A stretch of DNA of 64,000 nucleotides from Candidatus Thalassarchaeum sp. (lineage in GTDB: Archaea > Thermoplasmatota > Poseidoniia > Poseidoniales > Thalassarchaeaceae), in contig JAKURL010000004.1 of NCBI GenBank assembly GCA_022449345.1, positions 19,981 through 83,980 on the forward strand, read 5' to 3'. The notes beneath the pieces are model-generated. The model was not told the origin of the DNA and made no database searches. It worked only from the letters and a program-made list of their open reading frames with translations. The position numbers and the translations under genes are program-made. Shown here one piece after another: positions 19,303-28,448 of this stretch; position 1 is the stretch's first letter; every line of letters starts with the position of its first letter.

Positions 19303-20340
19303 ATGCCCATAGGGCCAGGTGAGCAGGACGTCCGCAGACTGCAACTTACGGGCGGTTCGACATACACCATGAGCCTACCAAAACCATGGGTTCTGTCGAA
19401 CAGCCTATCTGCTAGAGACGGCATCCGTGTGGAATGGAGGCCAACCGGTGAGCTTTCCCTGACTCCTCTGGATGTTCCAGAGGAGGTGAAGACGCTCGTC
19501 GAGCTGAATCTGGATGGAATCCCCGAAGGTGCACTCTACGATCACCTGATGGGGGCGTACCTATCAGGAGCCCAGGAGATTTCGACTCACAGCGAGAACC
19601 AGTTTAACCGAGAAACCCGTAGCGAGATACGTAGATTCCTGCGCTCGACTAGGGGATTCGAGATTGGCGAGCAGTCCGAGAGCAGCGTGAATCTGATCAG
19701 CCTTCTGAATGCGGGAGAACTACCTCTCCACGCAAGCCTGAACAGAATGTATCTACTACTATCCTCCCTAGTTCGTGACACCTTTGAGGTCCTCATCGGA
19801 TCCGATGACGAGTTGATATCCGATTTCGAGGAGCGCGAGAGGGAAGTCGACGGCCTGCATTACCTAATCGAGAGGCAAGTCGGGTCAATGTTGGACTCAC
19901 AGCAAGTTGCTAGGTCGCTTGGATTGGGCAGGAAGCAAGGTGTTGAACACGCCAATCTAGCAAGGTCACTGGAGAGGATGATGGACCACGCACACGAAAT
20001 GGCACGTCTGACATTGGAGACCACTCCTCGGCCACGCCTGAAGTCAGACGAGTACCCTCTCTCTCTACTACCAGTTTGTATGGACGCGCTGAAGTCGCTG
20101 ATGATCAACCTGAGAACGCACGATTCCTATCAGATAGAGGAAGCACGGGACTCATTGAAGGCAGCGCAATTGGCCCTGAAAGAGCACGAAGAGAGGCTCT
20201 GGTCCGGTCGAAGGCAAGCCTCCCGCCTTCTGTTTGAGGACAGAATATCTGAATCGATCCGAAGAATTTGTGCCTATTCTAGGGACTTCGGAGAGATTCT
20301 CCTCAATATAATCGCATATGACTCCATACAGCGCCAATAA
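19303..20340 (+). CDS. phoU: Archaeal phosphate uptake regulator (AbrB-like DNA-binding domain plus PhoU domains)
   Basis: RRLQLTGGSTYTMSLPKPW AbrB motif, AYLSG, EREVD, LERMMDHA; divergent from pit. Confidence 0.9.
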   Translation: MPIGPGEQDVRRLQLTGGSTYTMSLPKPWVLSNSLSARDGIRVEWRPTGELSLTPLDVPEEVKTLVELNLDGIPEGALYDHLMGAYLSGAQEISTHSENQFNRETRSEIRRFLRSTRGFEIGEQSESSVNLISLLNAGELPLHASLNRMYLLLSSLVRDTFEVLIGSDDELISDFEEREREVDGLHYLIERQVGSMLDSQQVARSLGLGRKQGVEHANLARSLERMMDHAHEMARLTLETTPRPRLKSDEYPLSLLPVCMDALKSLMINLRTHDSYQIEEARDSLKAAQLALKEHEERLWSGRRQASRLLFEDRISESIRRICAYSRDFGEILLNIIAYDSIQRQ

Positions 20341-20343
20341 TCG

Positions 20344-21789
20344 CTAGAGCAGTGCGGCGACTCTTTCGGGCTGGGTCAGGTAGATCAGCAGCCCCAATCC
20401 GGCGAACATCATCATCCAAGCACCAGTTGCTTTGACAATTCCAGTCGACCTACGAAGGAAACCAATCATTGCTTGACGGCCCATTCCTACTAGGCCCGTA
20501 ACTAGAACCATCAACATTGTAACCGACAGTATAAGTCCTCCAAGTCCAGCAACAAATGCCCCTTCTCCAACAACAGTTAACCATGCGACGAATGGGAATA
20601 CTGCTGCTGCTGTACAGTCTACGGAAGCCGCTGAATATCCAATTCCCCAGAGGTACATATTTCTCCGAGGAGTGAAAATCTCGTCAGTCTCTCTTGTCTG
20701 ATATTTGTCCAAAATTCGCTGAACTCCTGCCAATAGGTGGCTGGTCCAGCCTAGTAGCATTAATCCACCCAAGATAAGGAGAAGCCAAGCGATTGCAATC
20801 GCAATTTTGTGAAGAACTCCTGATAGGCTGATTACTTCACTAAGTCCGAAGATAATTATTCCAACTATACCAAAAAAGGTTAGTTGACCTAGAGCAGCAA
20901 ATCCACCTACCTCAAATGAGTTAGGCATCTTTCCACTTAATTTTCCTGATTGGCGTAATTCGTCTTCCCTCATGCCCAGACTCAGATAATAGGTTATGTA
21001 GGAAGGCAATACTGGGAAAGCACAAGGCGAGAAGTAAACCAAAATGCCAAGGAATAAACCAATGATGAAAACGCCCGATACTGAACGATCGGTCTTTTTT
21101 ATTCCAATCCTTAAATCTTCAGCCTCGCCTAAATTTGCTGACTCTATAGCATCATCAAAGGCCTTCCATCCATCTAACGGAGTCCCTGTATTTTCCTTAG
21201 CAACTACAAAGCCTTGGTGATCGATAACTAAGGCTAGCGGGATTGCCTGAGCTGAGTAATACTCTACAATATCTCCTCGACCTCCATCATCCAGCAGAAT
21301 CACATCGTTTCCTCCATTGACTATTGGCCATGGCATGTGGCGGTCGGACTCAGGGTCGCCGAAAGTTGAGTTAATTTGGTCAAATGAATCTACTTGATAC
21401 CAAGTAGCAATTGATACCACAATTATTGGATAAGGGCCTTCGAGATTTTCCCATTCGGCTAGATTTTGGTCGATGTATCCCTGAACGTAATGGCAGTTCG
21501 CACAGTCTATTGACATGAAATCAAGAATTATCACATTACCGCGAAGGCTGCTCAATTGTATTGTGCCATCTTCTGCGGTGTAAAGCTCGTCAATACCATC
21601 GCGATTCATCGATGGGGCAATCCAATCGGGGGCCTCAGTAATCTCATCCGTAGTCCCATAAATCGATGAGGTAAGTCCGAATAAAGAGAGCGAAGAATAA
21701 CCGATTATACAGAACAGAACTACCCCTATTCCGAATGCTTTCCAGGTGTCTGATTCTTTCAAGACACCAAAGTCCAAACTGGTCTGCAT
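20344..21789 (-). CDS. Thioredoxin-like (redoxin) domain fused to CcdA/DsbD transmembrane domain
   Basis: ILDFMSIDCANC; FSPCAFPVLP and SVDCTA TM cysteines. Confidence 0.8.
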   Translation of the reverse strand: MQTSLDFGVLKESDTWKAFGIGVVLFCIIGYSSLSLFGLTSSIYGTTDEITEAPDWIAPSMNRDGIDELYTAEDGTIQLSSLRGNVIILDFMSIDCANCHYVQGYIDQNLAEWENLEGPYPIIVVSIATWYQVDSFDQINSTFGDPESDRHMPWPIVNGGNDVILLDDGGRGDIVEYYSAQAIPLALVIDHQGFVVAKENTGTPLDGWKAFDDAIESANLGEAEDLRIGIKKTDRSVSGVFIIGLFLGILVYFSPCAFPVLPSYITYYLSLGMREDELRQSGKLSGKMPNSFEVGGFAALGQLTFFGIVGIIIFGLSEVISLSGVLHKIAIAIAWLLLILGGLMLLGWTSHLLAGVQRILDKYQTRETDEIFTPRRNMYLWGIGYSAASVDCTAAAVFPFVAWLTVVGEGAFVAGLGGLILSVTMLMVLVTGLVGMGRQAMIGFLRRSTGIVKATGAWMMMFAGLGLLIYLTQPERVAALL

Positions 21790-21828
21790 GAACCTGACAA
21801 GCGCATTTGGCTTTTGATTCCGCCGTGT

Positions 21829-22542
21829 CTAAGATTTTCTTTCAATCGAATCTAGAAGTGAAGAAGCACCTATTCTGAATCGGGTTGCTCCATCTTCAAT
21901 TATTGTGGAATCTTGCTGATCAACTATACTAGTCAGCCTCTTGACATCTTCCATGTTTCTTATTCCACCGGATAATTTCACTCCGAGTTTTTCTCCGAAT
22001 GCTCGCTCATGCCGCATTAACTCATAAGCGAAAATTGCCGCTGTATCATCGCTGCATCCTCCTCTTTTGCCGGTGCAGGTTTTGATGAAGTCAGCACCTG
22101 AAGCAAGTGCCATGCGAGCCACCGCTCGCATTGGGCGTTCCTGCAATAGTGGAGTCTCTAGGATGACCTTCAGCACACACTCGCCGGAAGCCTCGCGCAT
22201 TGTGACTAGACGCTGTAAATCCTTATCATTCGGGAACTCGTTATCTTGCCTAGGTTCAAGCACGACATCTATCTCATCAACACCCGCTTCAACAGCCGAG
22301 GTGATGGCTTTTCGAATCTCATCAAGGTTTGAACTTCCAATTGGGAATCCGGCTGCGACGACTGCCAATTTAATTCTCTCATCTAATCTTTCCTTGACAA
22401 AACTCGCGTGCTCAGAAAAAACACAGATTGCTCCTACTTCCGAAGAGTTCGCCCGGGAAACAAACTCCTCCAATTCAGCCTCGCTAGCTTCGAAATCCAA
22501 CAGGGTGTAATCGAGGCATTCGATGACGGCTTTGGCATCCAA
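21829..22542 (-). CDS. deoC: Deoxyribose-phosphate aldolase
   Basis: LDYTLL, GFPIG, GVDEIDVV, LKVILET, GADFIKTCTG, VKLSGGIR, RIGASSLL. Confidence 0.92.
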   Translation of the reverse strand: MDAKAVIECLDYTLLDFEASEAELEEFVSRANSSEVGAICVFSEHASFVKERLDERIKLAVVAAGFPIGSSNLDEIRKAITSAVEAGVDEIDVVLEPRQDNEFPNDKDLQRLVTMREASGECVLKVILETPLLQERPMRAVARMALASGADFIKTCTGKRGGCSDDTAAIFAYELMRHERAFGEKLGVKLSGGIRNMEDVKRLTSIVDQQDSTIIEDGATRFRIGASSLLDSIERKS

Positions 22543-22551
22543 GTAGATTCC

Positions 22552-23700
22552 TCAGGAGTACCGCTCGCTGAAGTCGCGCATAAACTCGACTAATGCCTTG
22601 ACCGACTCAATCGGACATCCATTGTAGAGGCTAGCTCGAATGCCTCCGACCGAGCGGTGGCCCTTCAGGCCGCCTAATCCTGCTGTTTCTGCTTCGGATA
22701 GGAATACACTCTCTAACTCCTCATTCGCGCATCGCCAAGTCACGTTCATGACCGATCTAGATGATTTTTCTGCGTGGGGAATCCACATCTCGTCGCTATC
22801 CAGTTCTTCGTAGATAAGAGATGACTTTGCTCGATTTCTGGCGATTGCACCTTCAAGTCCTCCATTTTCTTCTAGCCATTTGAAAACACAATCTAGAACG
22901 AAGATTCCGAATGTGTTTGGCGTATTGAATAGTGACCCCTTTGAAGCATGAACCGTGTAATCGAGCATTGTTGGTAGCCGACCAGCATCGGAGTTCTCCT
23001 GCGCTCTAGCCAGTGCCCATGGGGAGAGAATAACCAGTGTGACCCCAGAGGGTCCGAGGTTCTTCTGTGCTCCTGCGTAGATGATATCGTGAGCCGAGAC
23101 ATCGATTGGAACTCCCGCTATATCTGAAGATGCATCAACCACTCGAGGCTTACCTCCAGAATCAGGTAAATGGTGGTACTGCGTCCCCATCAAGGTGTTG
23201 TTTGAGGTGTAGTGAAAATAGATTGAGTCCTCAGAAACAGTGTAGTCTGAGTCGCTTGGTACGGAGCGGAAGCCGTTTTCTGAATCGCTCCAAATATTGT
23301 GGGGTATACCAACTCGATTTGCTTCTCCGATAGCCTTCTTTGACCAGCCCCCCGTCTCTAAGAAATCGGCTTGTTCGTCTGGCTTTAGTAGGTTCAAGGC
23401 GGTCATGTAGAATTGCAGTGATGCACCGCCTTGCAGGAATAAAATCGTGTAATCATCAGGAACGGATAGCACTCTGCGTATTCTAGCCATTGCGCTATCC
23501 ACAACCGATTGGAAGGTGGCGCTTCGGTGACTTATCTCGCAGAGGCCAAAGCCGCTGCCGTCGAGATTTGGTAAAGCCTCCTGAACCTCTTGCATTACTG
23601 ATAGAGGAAGCACCGCCGGGCCAGCGCCGAAGTTGTGGATGCGTGACTGTCCCACGCCTTGTGGGCGTGCTTTGCGGTCTTTCAGCACTTCTGCGCTCAA
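22552..23700 (-). CDS. serC: Phosphoserine aminotransferase (bacterial-like SerC)
   Basis: HNFGAGPAVLP, EISHRS, LQGGASLQF, YAGAQKNLGPSG, NTP, GHRSVGGIRASLYN. Confidence 0.95.
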   Translation of the reverse strand: MSAEVLKDRKARPQGVGQSRIHNFGAGPAVLPLSVMQEVQEALPNLDGSGFGLCEISHRSATFQSVVDSAMARIRRVLSVPDDYTILFLQGGASLQFYMTALNLLKPDEQADFLETGGWSKKAIGEANRVGIPHNIWSDSENGFRSVPSDSDYTVSEDSIYFHYTSNNTLMGTQYHHLPDSGGKPRVVDASSDIAGVPIDVSAHDIIYAGAQKNLGPSGVTLVILSPWALARAQENSDAGRLPTMLDYTVHASKGSLFNTPNTFGIFVLDCVFKWLEENGGLEGAIARNRAKSSLIYEELDSDEMWIPHAEKSSRSVMNVTWRCANEELESVFLSEAETAGLGGLKGHRSVGGIRASLYNGCPIESVKALVEFMRDFSERYS

Positions 23701-23738
23701 AGGGTTGGATTGAAGCCATATGCTTCAGCCGAAGGGTC

Positions 23739-24341
23739 GTGCTTCGCATAGGCTTGGTCATGCTTCAGGGTGCTCGCCATACACACATGGCAGCACTTCA
23801 TGTGGCGGCTGAGCAATCCGGAATTGAAATCGAAATACACGAATTACGCAAAGCTGTAGACCTAGTGAATGCTCAGCCGCATGCAATTGTTTTCCCTGGA
23901 GGCGAATCTACTACCATGCGGCTTACTGGCAACGACCCTGCTTCCAGTCTACTGCCAGCCTTGTTTGACTGGATTCGTGAAGACAGTGCTCGCCCCGTGC
24001 TTGGGACCTGCGCTGGAGCAATTCTACTGTGTGATCCTCAAGACGGCGGCGACCGCCTCGTCGCCGCCGAAATCGACCGCAATGCCTACGGCCGCCAAGC
24101 CGATTCTTTCCAGAGTGCGCTGGATGCCAAAATCTTGGATCGACAATTCCCAGGTGTTTTCATTCGCGCGCCAAGATTCACCAGCGTCGGTGATTCAGTC
24201 GAGGTTGTTGTAACACATGATTCCGAAGTTGTCGGAGTCAAGCATGGAAATCGACTAGCCCTTACATTCCACCCAGAATTATCTGAAGATTCTGGATTCC
24301 ACGAATGGCTTTTGCAGACTGCGAAAGAGGTGACTGCGTGA
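23739..24341 (+). CDS. pdxT: Pyridoxal 5'-phosphate synthase glutaminase subunit
   Basis: LQGA, PGGESTTM, GTCAG, RNAYGRQADSF, FIRAP, FHPEL; start at GTG 23739. Confidence 0.93.
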   Translation: MLRIGLVMLQGARHTHMAALHVAAEQSGIEIEIHELRKAVDLVNAQPHAIVFPGGESTTMRLTGNDPASSLLPALFDWIREDSARPVLGTCAGAILLCDPQDGGDRLVAAEIDRNAYGRQADSFQSALDAKILDRQFPGVFIRAPRFTSVGDSVEVVVTHDSEVVGVKHGNRLALTFHPELSEDSGFHEWLLQTAKEVTA

Positions 24342-25480
24342 CATTTTCGGTTCGACTTCCAAACATCCCAGAGCTACCAGAAGCAGCCGTTGCAGACGAT
24401 ACAGAGGGTTGTATCCAATGCCAGATGGGTTCGAAACTTGTCCTTTTCATCACCGGTCACTGCCATTGGATGTGTGATTACTGTCCGCTGTCAGAAAACC
24501 GCCGTGAAATTGACTGGATGTACGCTAACGAACGCCGAGTCGAGATTGGCGATTGGCAGGCTGTAATCGAAGAGGCTCGAGCGATGAATGCAACCGGGGC
24601 TGGAATTACCGGTGGAGATCCGGTCATGGCCCGAGAGAGGGTGCTTGAGGCCTGTAAGATTCTCAAGTCTGAATTCGGTGATGGCTTCCATTTACACATG
24701 TACACAAGCATACCGTTCAAGGAAGAATGGGCCAGTGAATTTGCAGATGCTGGATTGGATGAAATCCGCTTCCACTTCCTCGATTTAGAGACTGAAAAAT
24801 ACGTCGAAACAATGGCGGCTTGCGTCGAATCTGGGATGCTAACCGGTGTTGAGATCCCATGCGAACCCGACAAGGAAGAGATGCTGATGGAATTGCTTGA
24901 GACGATGCGTGAGATGCCCGTTCAATTCTTCAATCTAAATGAGTTGGAGATTACTGTCGGAAATCATGACAATATGGAGGTCCGTGGATTCAACCTTTCA
25001 GATGAAATCACCGCAGGAGCCGCAGGTTCCGCTGAATTAGCAATTCGAATGAGAGACCGAGTAATGGCTGCTTCAATCGGTGCACCAGATCTTGAAGATG
25101 GCATTGTACGCGAACCCTACCCTTACCATCTCAAGTTCTGCACTGCGACATACAAGGATAGCGGACAGTTACGCCGCCGCTTCCTTCGCCGTGGTGAACA
25201 TACTATTTCTCCTCACGAAATCCTAACTGAGGATGGCACTCTTCTCTTCGGGGCTATTGAGTGTGGCGAGGAAGCCTCAATAGATTGGATGGAGGAAATA
25301 AACACCGAAACAGGTCTCCCTCGTAGGTTCATGTTGTATGATAATGAAAACCAGCGAATCGAACTTCCCTTGTCGATGGCTGAGGAATTGGTTGGAGAAA
25401 TCGATGCACCAATTTCTCTAGTGGAAGTGCATCCAACCCACGAGAGATTGGAGATGACCGTGGTTTACCTAAATCGTTGA
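24338..25480 (+). CDS. Archaeal radical SAM protein of unknown function (COG2108-like)
   Basis: GCIQC..G.KLVLFITG, CHWMCDYC, GITGGDP, GLDEIRFH, NLNELE; GTG overlaps pdxT stop (GTGA). Confidence 0.85.
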   Translation: MTFSVRLPNIPELPEAAVADDTEGCIQCQMGSKLVLFITGHCHWMCDYCPLSENRREIDWMYANERRVEIGDWQAVIEEARAMNATGAGITGGDPVMARERVLEACKILKSEFGDGFHLHMYTSIPFKEEWASEFADAGLDEIRFHFLDLETEKYVETMAACVESGMLTGVEIPCEPDKEEMLMELLETMREMPVQFFNLNELEITVGNHDNMEVRGFNLSDEITAGAAGSAELAIRMRDRVMAASIGAPDLEDGIVREPYPYHLKFCTATYKDSGQLRRRFLRRGEHTISPHEILTEDGTLLFGAIECGEEASIDWMEEINTETGLPRRFMLYDNENQRIELPLSMAEELVGEIDAPISLVEVHPTHERLEMTVVYLNR

Positions 25481-25511
25481 GTTCATTTACTCTCGAGATA
25501 AGTAGCAGGGT

Positions 25512-27353
25512 ATGCCGGTACGGACGTACAATGCCGAGGCGACTGGGGTCGACCCTTTCCGTCGCCTCTCCGCATCTCAGGTCAATCTCTGGAAGTCCTG
25601 TCCTCGGCAGTGGTATTACGCCTATGAAGTGAGATTGAAAGGTCCTATGCCGCCGCATATTATTCGCGGAAATGCGGCTGAGGAATGCATCTGTAGAGTT
25701 CTCAGGGATTCTCCATCCTTAATCACTCCAGAAGCGCCTGATACTCTCATATCGCCATTGAATGAGGACGGTGCTCCTGATTGGGAAGATGAACAAAAAT
25801 GGATGGCTGCTAGGTTGTCGGCTAGGCCGTCAGAAGATTGGCCGACAAGCCGCGAGGCATTGATGGAGTGGGCAATAGCTCGAGTTGAAGTCCACTTTGA
25901 CCGATGTTGGGATGCAGCAGTGGAGGATTGGCAGGCGACCCAAAACAGAGCCGGTTCACTGGAAGACATCGAGCCAGAAGAATGTCGAGAAATGATACTC
26001 GAAGGGATCAGAATGCACCTAGATGAAGTCGAGAAGTGCTTGGAGGCCAATGGTGGTCCTAATCTTAAATCTTGGAGGGCAGGCGAAGCTCGTGATGAAA
26101 TTCCAGCACCTGATGGTTTCCCACTACATTGGAAAACTCCTCATCCATCAGCACAGAGTCATGGTAAGATGACTTGGTGTGAGGCTTGGGAACTTGCCAG
26201 ACCTTGGTTTGTAGATCCCGATTCAAAGTCATTCAGCCAAACGACTTGCATTCCGGAAGGTTGGTTTCAAGGAGAATACGACTTGGTATATCGCTGGGAT
26301 GGTTCGATCAATATCGTTGACATCAAGGCTAGCATAGGGAAGGGCGACCGCTCATTCAGTTATATGGAACAATTACGCCTCTATGCTTGGCTCTGGTGGA
26401 AATCTCACGCACGTTCAGAGCAAGTTTCTTCTCTGGAGATTTGGTATCTCGGTACCGGCACTGTAAAGTCAATCGATCTTCCACAAATTTCAGAGCTGGA
26501 AGCATACGAATCCGAGCTTGGAGAATTGTATCAACTTCTACGAGCGGGTAATCCTCCAATCGACAAATGCCCGCCAAACCCTGCTCCTCTGAGACATTTT
26601 GACGCCGGAGGCGTTCCAGCCCAGCAGCACATCGATTCAGACCCTCTAGCACGCTGCAAGGGATGTGATTACAGAGGATTCTGTCCCAAAGGTAACCACG
26701 ACCTAGAGCTCACTGAAGAGAGGCGAATAGAACGCCTTGGTCACGCATGGCCAATCACTCCACTAGGTGAAATTGAGCCTAGAGTCGAGGCAATTGGCGA
26801 GGTGATTGGTCTATCTGGTCCAGAATTGCTTCAAGATGGTTCCATCAAGGTCCATTTCAGATTGCAAGATGGATACGACCGTGCTAAGGTACAGCCTGCA
26901 TACAATGGGGGTCCAAAGAGGATCAGCCGGTCGATTACAGAAGGAGTCCGAGTAAAGATCTCAAACGCCTTACCTAGCCTATGGAGGGGTGAATTACAAC
27001 TCAATCTCGATGCAGATTCTGAGGTTTCATTGGCGGAAGAAGATGAAATCGCCCCTGTGGTTGATGTCGAGACGAGAGTAAGCATAGTTGCCCGTGTTTG
27101 GTCGATAGATTCCTTTCCCGACGGGATTGGTAATACTAGATGGGCTGCAACCCTAGTGGATGCGACCGGTTCGGCTCAGATTGTTGCATTCAAGCAATTC
27201 ATTCCATTGAGTGCTGCAGCAGTCAAGCGCGGAGACACAATAGCAATCCTAAACGGTGAGAAAGGAGAATGGGGGGGTCGCCCTCAGGTCAAGTGTGGAC
27301 CGGGTAGCAAAGTTGTGATTGTATCCGATGCAGAGGATTCGCCTGAATTCTAA
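25512..27353 (+). CDS. PD-(D/E)XK (RecB/AddB-like) nuclease with C-terminal OB-fold-like domains
   Basis: LSASQV..WKSCPRQW, GEYDLV, IVDIKAS, QLRLY, CKGCDYRGFC; C-terminal RPA-like segments (LWRGELQLNL, LVDATGS, GEWGGRPQV). Confidence 0.8.
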   Translation: MPVRTYNAEATGVDPFRRLSASQVNLWKSCPRQWYYAYEVRLKGPMPPHIIRGNAAEECICRVLRDSPSLITPEAPDTLISPLNEDGAPDWEDEQKWMAARLSARPSEDWPTSREALMEWAIARVEVHFDRCWDAAVEDWQATQNRAGSLEDIEPEECREMILEGIRMHLDEVEKCLEANGGPNLKSWRAGEARDEIPAPDGFPLHWKTPHPSAQSHGKMTWCEAWELARPWFVDPDSKSFSQTTCIPEGWFQGEYDLVYRWDGSINIVDIKASIGKGDRSFSYMEQLRLYAWLWWKSHARSEQVSSLEIWYLGTGTVKSIDLPQISELEAYESELGELYQLLRAGNPPIDKCPPNPAPLRHFDAGGVPAQQHIDSDPLARCKGCDYRGFCPKGNHDLELTEERRIERLGHAWPITPLGEIEPRVEAIGEVIGLSGPELLQDGSIKVHFRLQDGYDRAKVQPAYNGGPKRISRSITEGVRVKISNALPSLWRGELQLNLDADSEVSLAEEDEIAPVVDVETRVSIVARVWSIDSFPDGIGNTRWAATLVDATGSAQIVAFKQFIPLSAAAVKRGDTIAILNGEKGEWGGRPQVKCGPGSKVVIVSDAEDSPEF

Positions 27354-27362
27354 CTTATTTAG

Positions 27363-27448
27363 TGGCGCCGAGAGAGGGATTTGAACCCCCGCGTCCAAGG
27401 GACAGTGGATTTCGAATCCACCGCAATACCGGGCTATGCGATCTCGGC
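27363..27448 (-). tRNA. tRNA-Ser(CGA)
   Basis: Reverse complement GCCGAGA...GTGGA TT CGA AA TCCAC, long variable arm, GGGTTCAAATCCC, TCTCGGC G CCA. Confidence 0.95.
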
Positions 27449-27503
27449 AGCAAGCCGACCACCTGCGATTTGGTCATAAGTCTGACTCGCTCCCCTTGGG
27501 TTG

Positions 27504-27707
27504 ATGCGAATCACGGTTATTCACGACGATGACGAGCCTAGTATTGTTGAGAGTGATGAACCGATTAGCATCACTGAGGTGTTGGATAGACTAAACATCG
27601 CTAGTTCAACAGTCCTTGCTGTTCTAGGCGAAACCATTGTCCCTCATTCATCTACAATTACCGATGATATCGAGATCGAGTTAATCGTCGTCTCAAGCGG
27701 CGGTTAG
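27504..27707 (+). CDS. Ubiquitin-like sulfur carrier / SAMP (ThiS/MoaD family)
   Basis: 67 aa beta-grasp size, ends IELIVVSSGG. Confidence 0.8.
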   Translation: MRITVIHDDDEPSIVESDEPISITEVLDRLNIASSTVLAVLGETIVPHSSTITDDIEIELIVVSSGG

Positions 27708-28430
27708 GTCTCCACGAAGGAAAACCCCGGGTTCGTGGGTCACAGGTTCCTCGCCTTTTCGTAATACTGCGGCTTTGTTACCAATTAGTTCAAAATTATC
27801 CTCTGTGCATCTGAGAAAGGATCCCTCATACAATCCAATGACTGGTGTGTTGTTGGTTTCATGGAATTCGCTAACCCTCCTTGCTCGGGTTTCTCCAAAG
27901 TGCTGTTGGAATTCTCCATCTTCGGTTTCGCGATACCAAATCCCTCCAGGATAATAATGAGGATTAATCTGGAATGGCACTATGCCAAAGGTCTCGAATG
28001 AAGGCACCATTGTAATGGCCATATCATTGGTTGTCTGCATACTAGGGCAAGCGACATTGGCTCCTGCACTAACTCCAGCGTATGGTACACCTCTTTGCAG
28101 GACAGCTTCCCTAATTGGTTCGATTAGACCCCTATCGTGCAGAGCACGGACAAGTAACCATGTATTGCCGCCGCCAACGTAGATTCCATCCATTGCTTCG
28201 ATGGCGGCTAACGGGTCTTGGCACTCGTGTAAGCCCACGAGTTCGTATCCTGCCTGTCCAGCAAATTCCTGCATCCTTTTGGTATAACCATCATAATCAT
28301 GAGAGGCGAATGGAACGAATATGACCCTCTCACATTCCAAGAAATTCTCTGTCATCAACTCCTGATAAAGCGTCCTGCGCTCATCGATTCCAATGCCGCC
28401 GCTTCCTAGCAGTACACGCATTTTGCTCAC
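27693..28430 (-). CDS. pepE: Dipeptidase E (peptidase S51)
   Basis: FVPFA, YVGGGNTW, GVSAGANV, QTTNDM, FQINPHY, GETR. Confidence 0.92.
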   Translation of the reverse strand: MSKMRVLLGSGGIGIDERRTLYQELMTENFLECERVIFVPFASHDYDGYTKRMQEFAGQAGYELVGLHECQDPLAAIEAMDGIYVGGGNTWLLVRALHDRGLIEPIREAVLQRGVPYAGVSAGANVACPSMQTTNDMAITMVPSFETFGIVPFQINPHYYPGGIWYRETEDGEFQQHFGETRARRVSEFHETNNTPVIGLYEGSFLRCTEDNFELIGNKAAVLRKGEEPVTHEPGVFLRGDLTAA

Positions 28431-28448
28431 CTATCTTTGGATTATTCA

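Noticed and set aside
23490..23738. Long N-terminal extensions given by the ORF track (pdxT, lysE, pruA, rps27e, nob1 and others)
   Set aside because: They overlap neighbouring genes or promoters; homology begins at downstream starts
25512..27353. Cas4/CRISPR-associated nuclease
   Set aside because: No repeats, spacers or other cas genes in the window; size and C-terminal domains differ from Cas4
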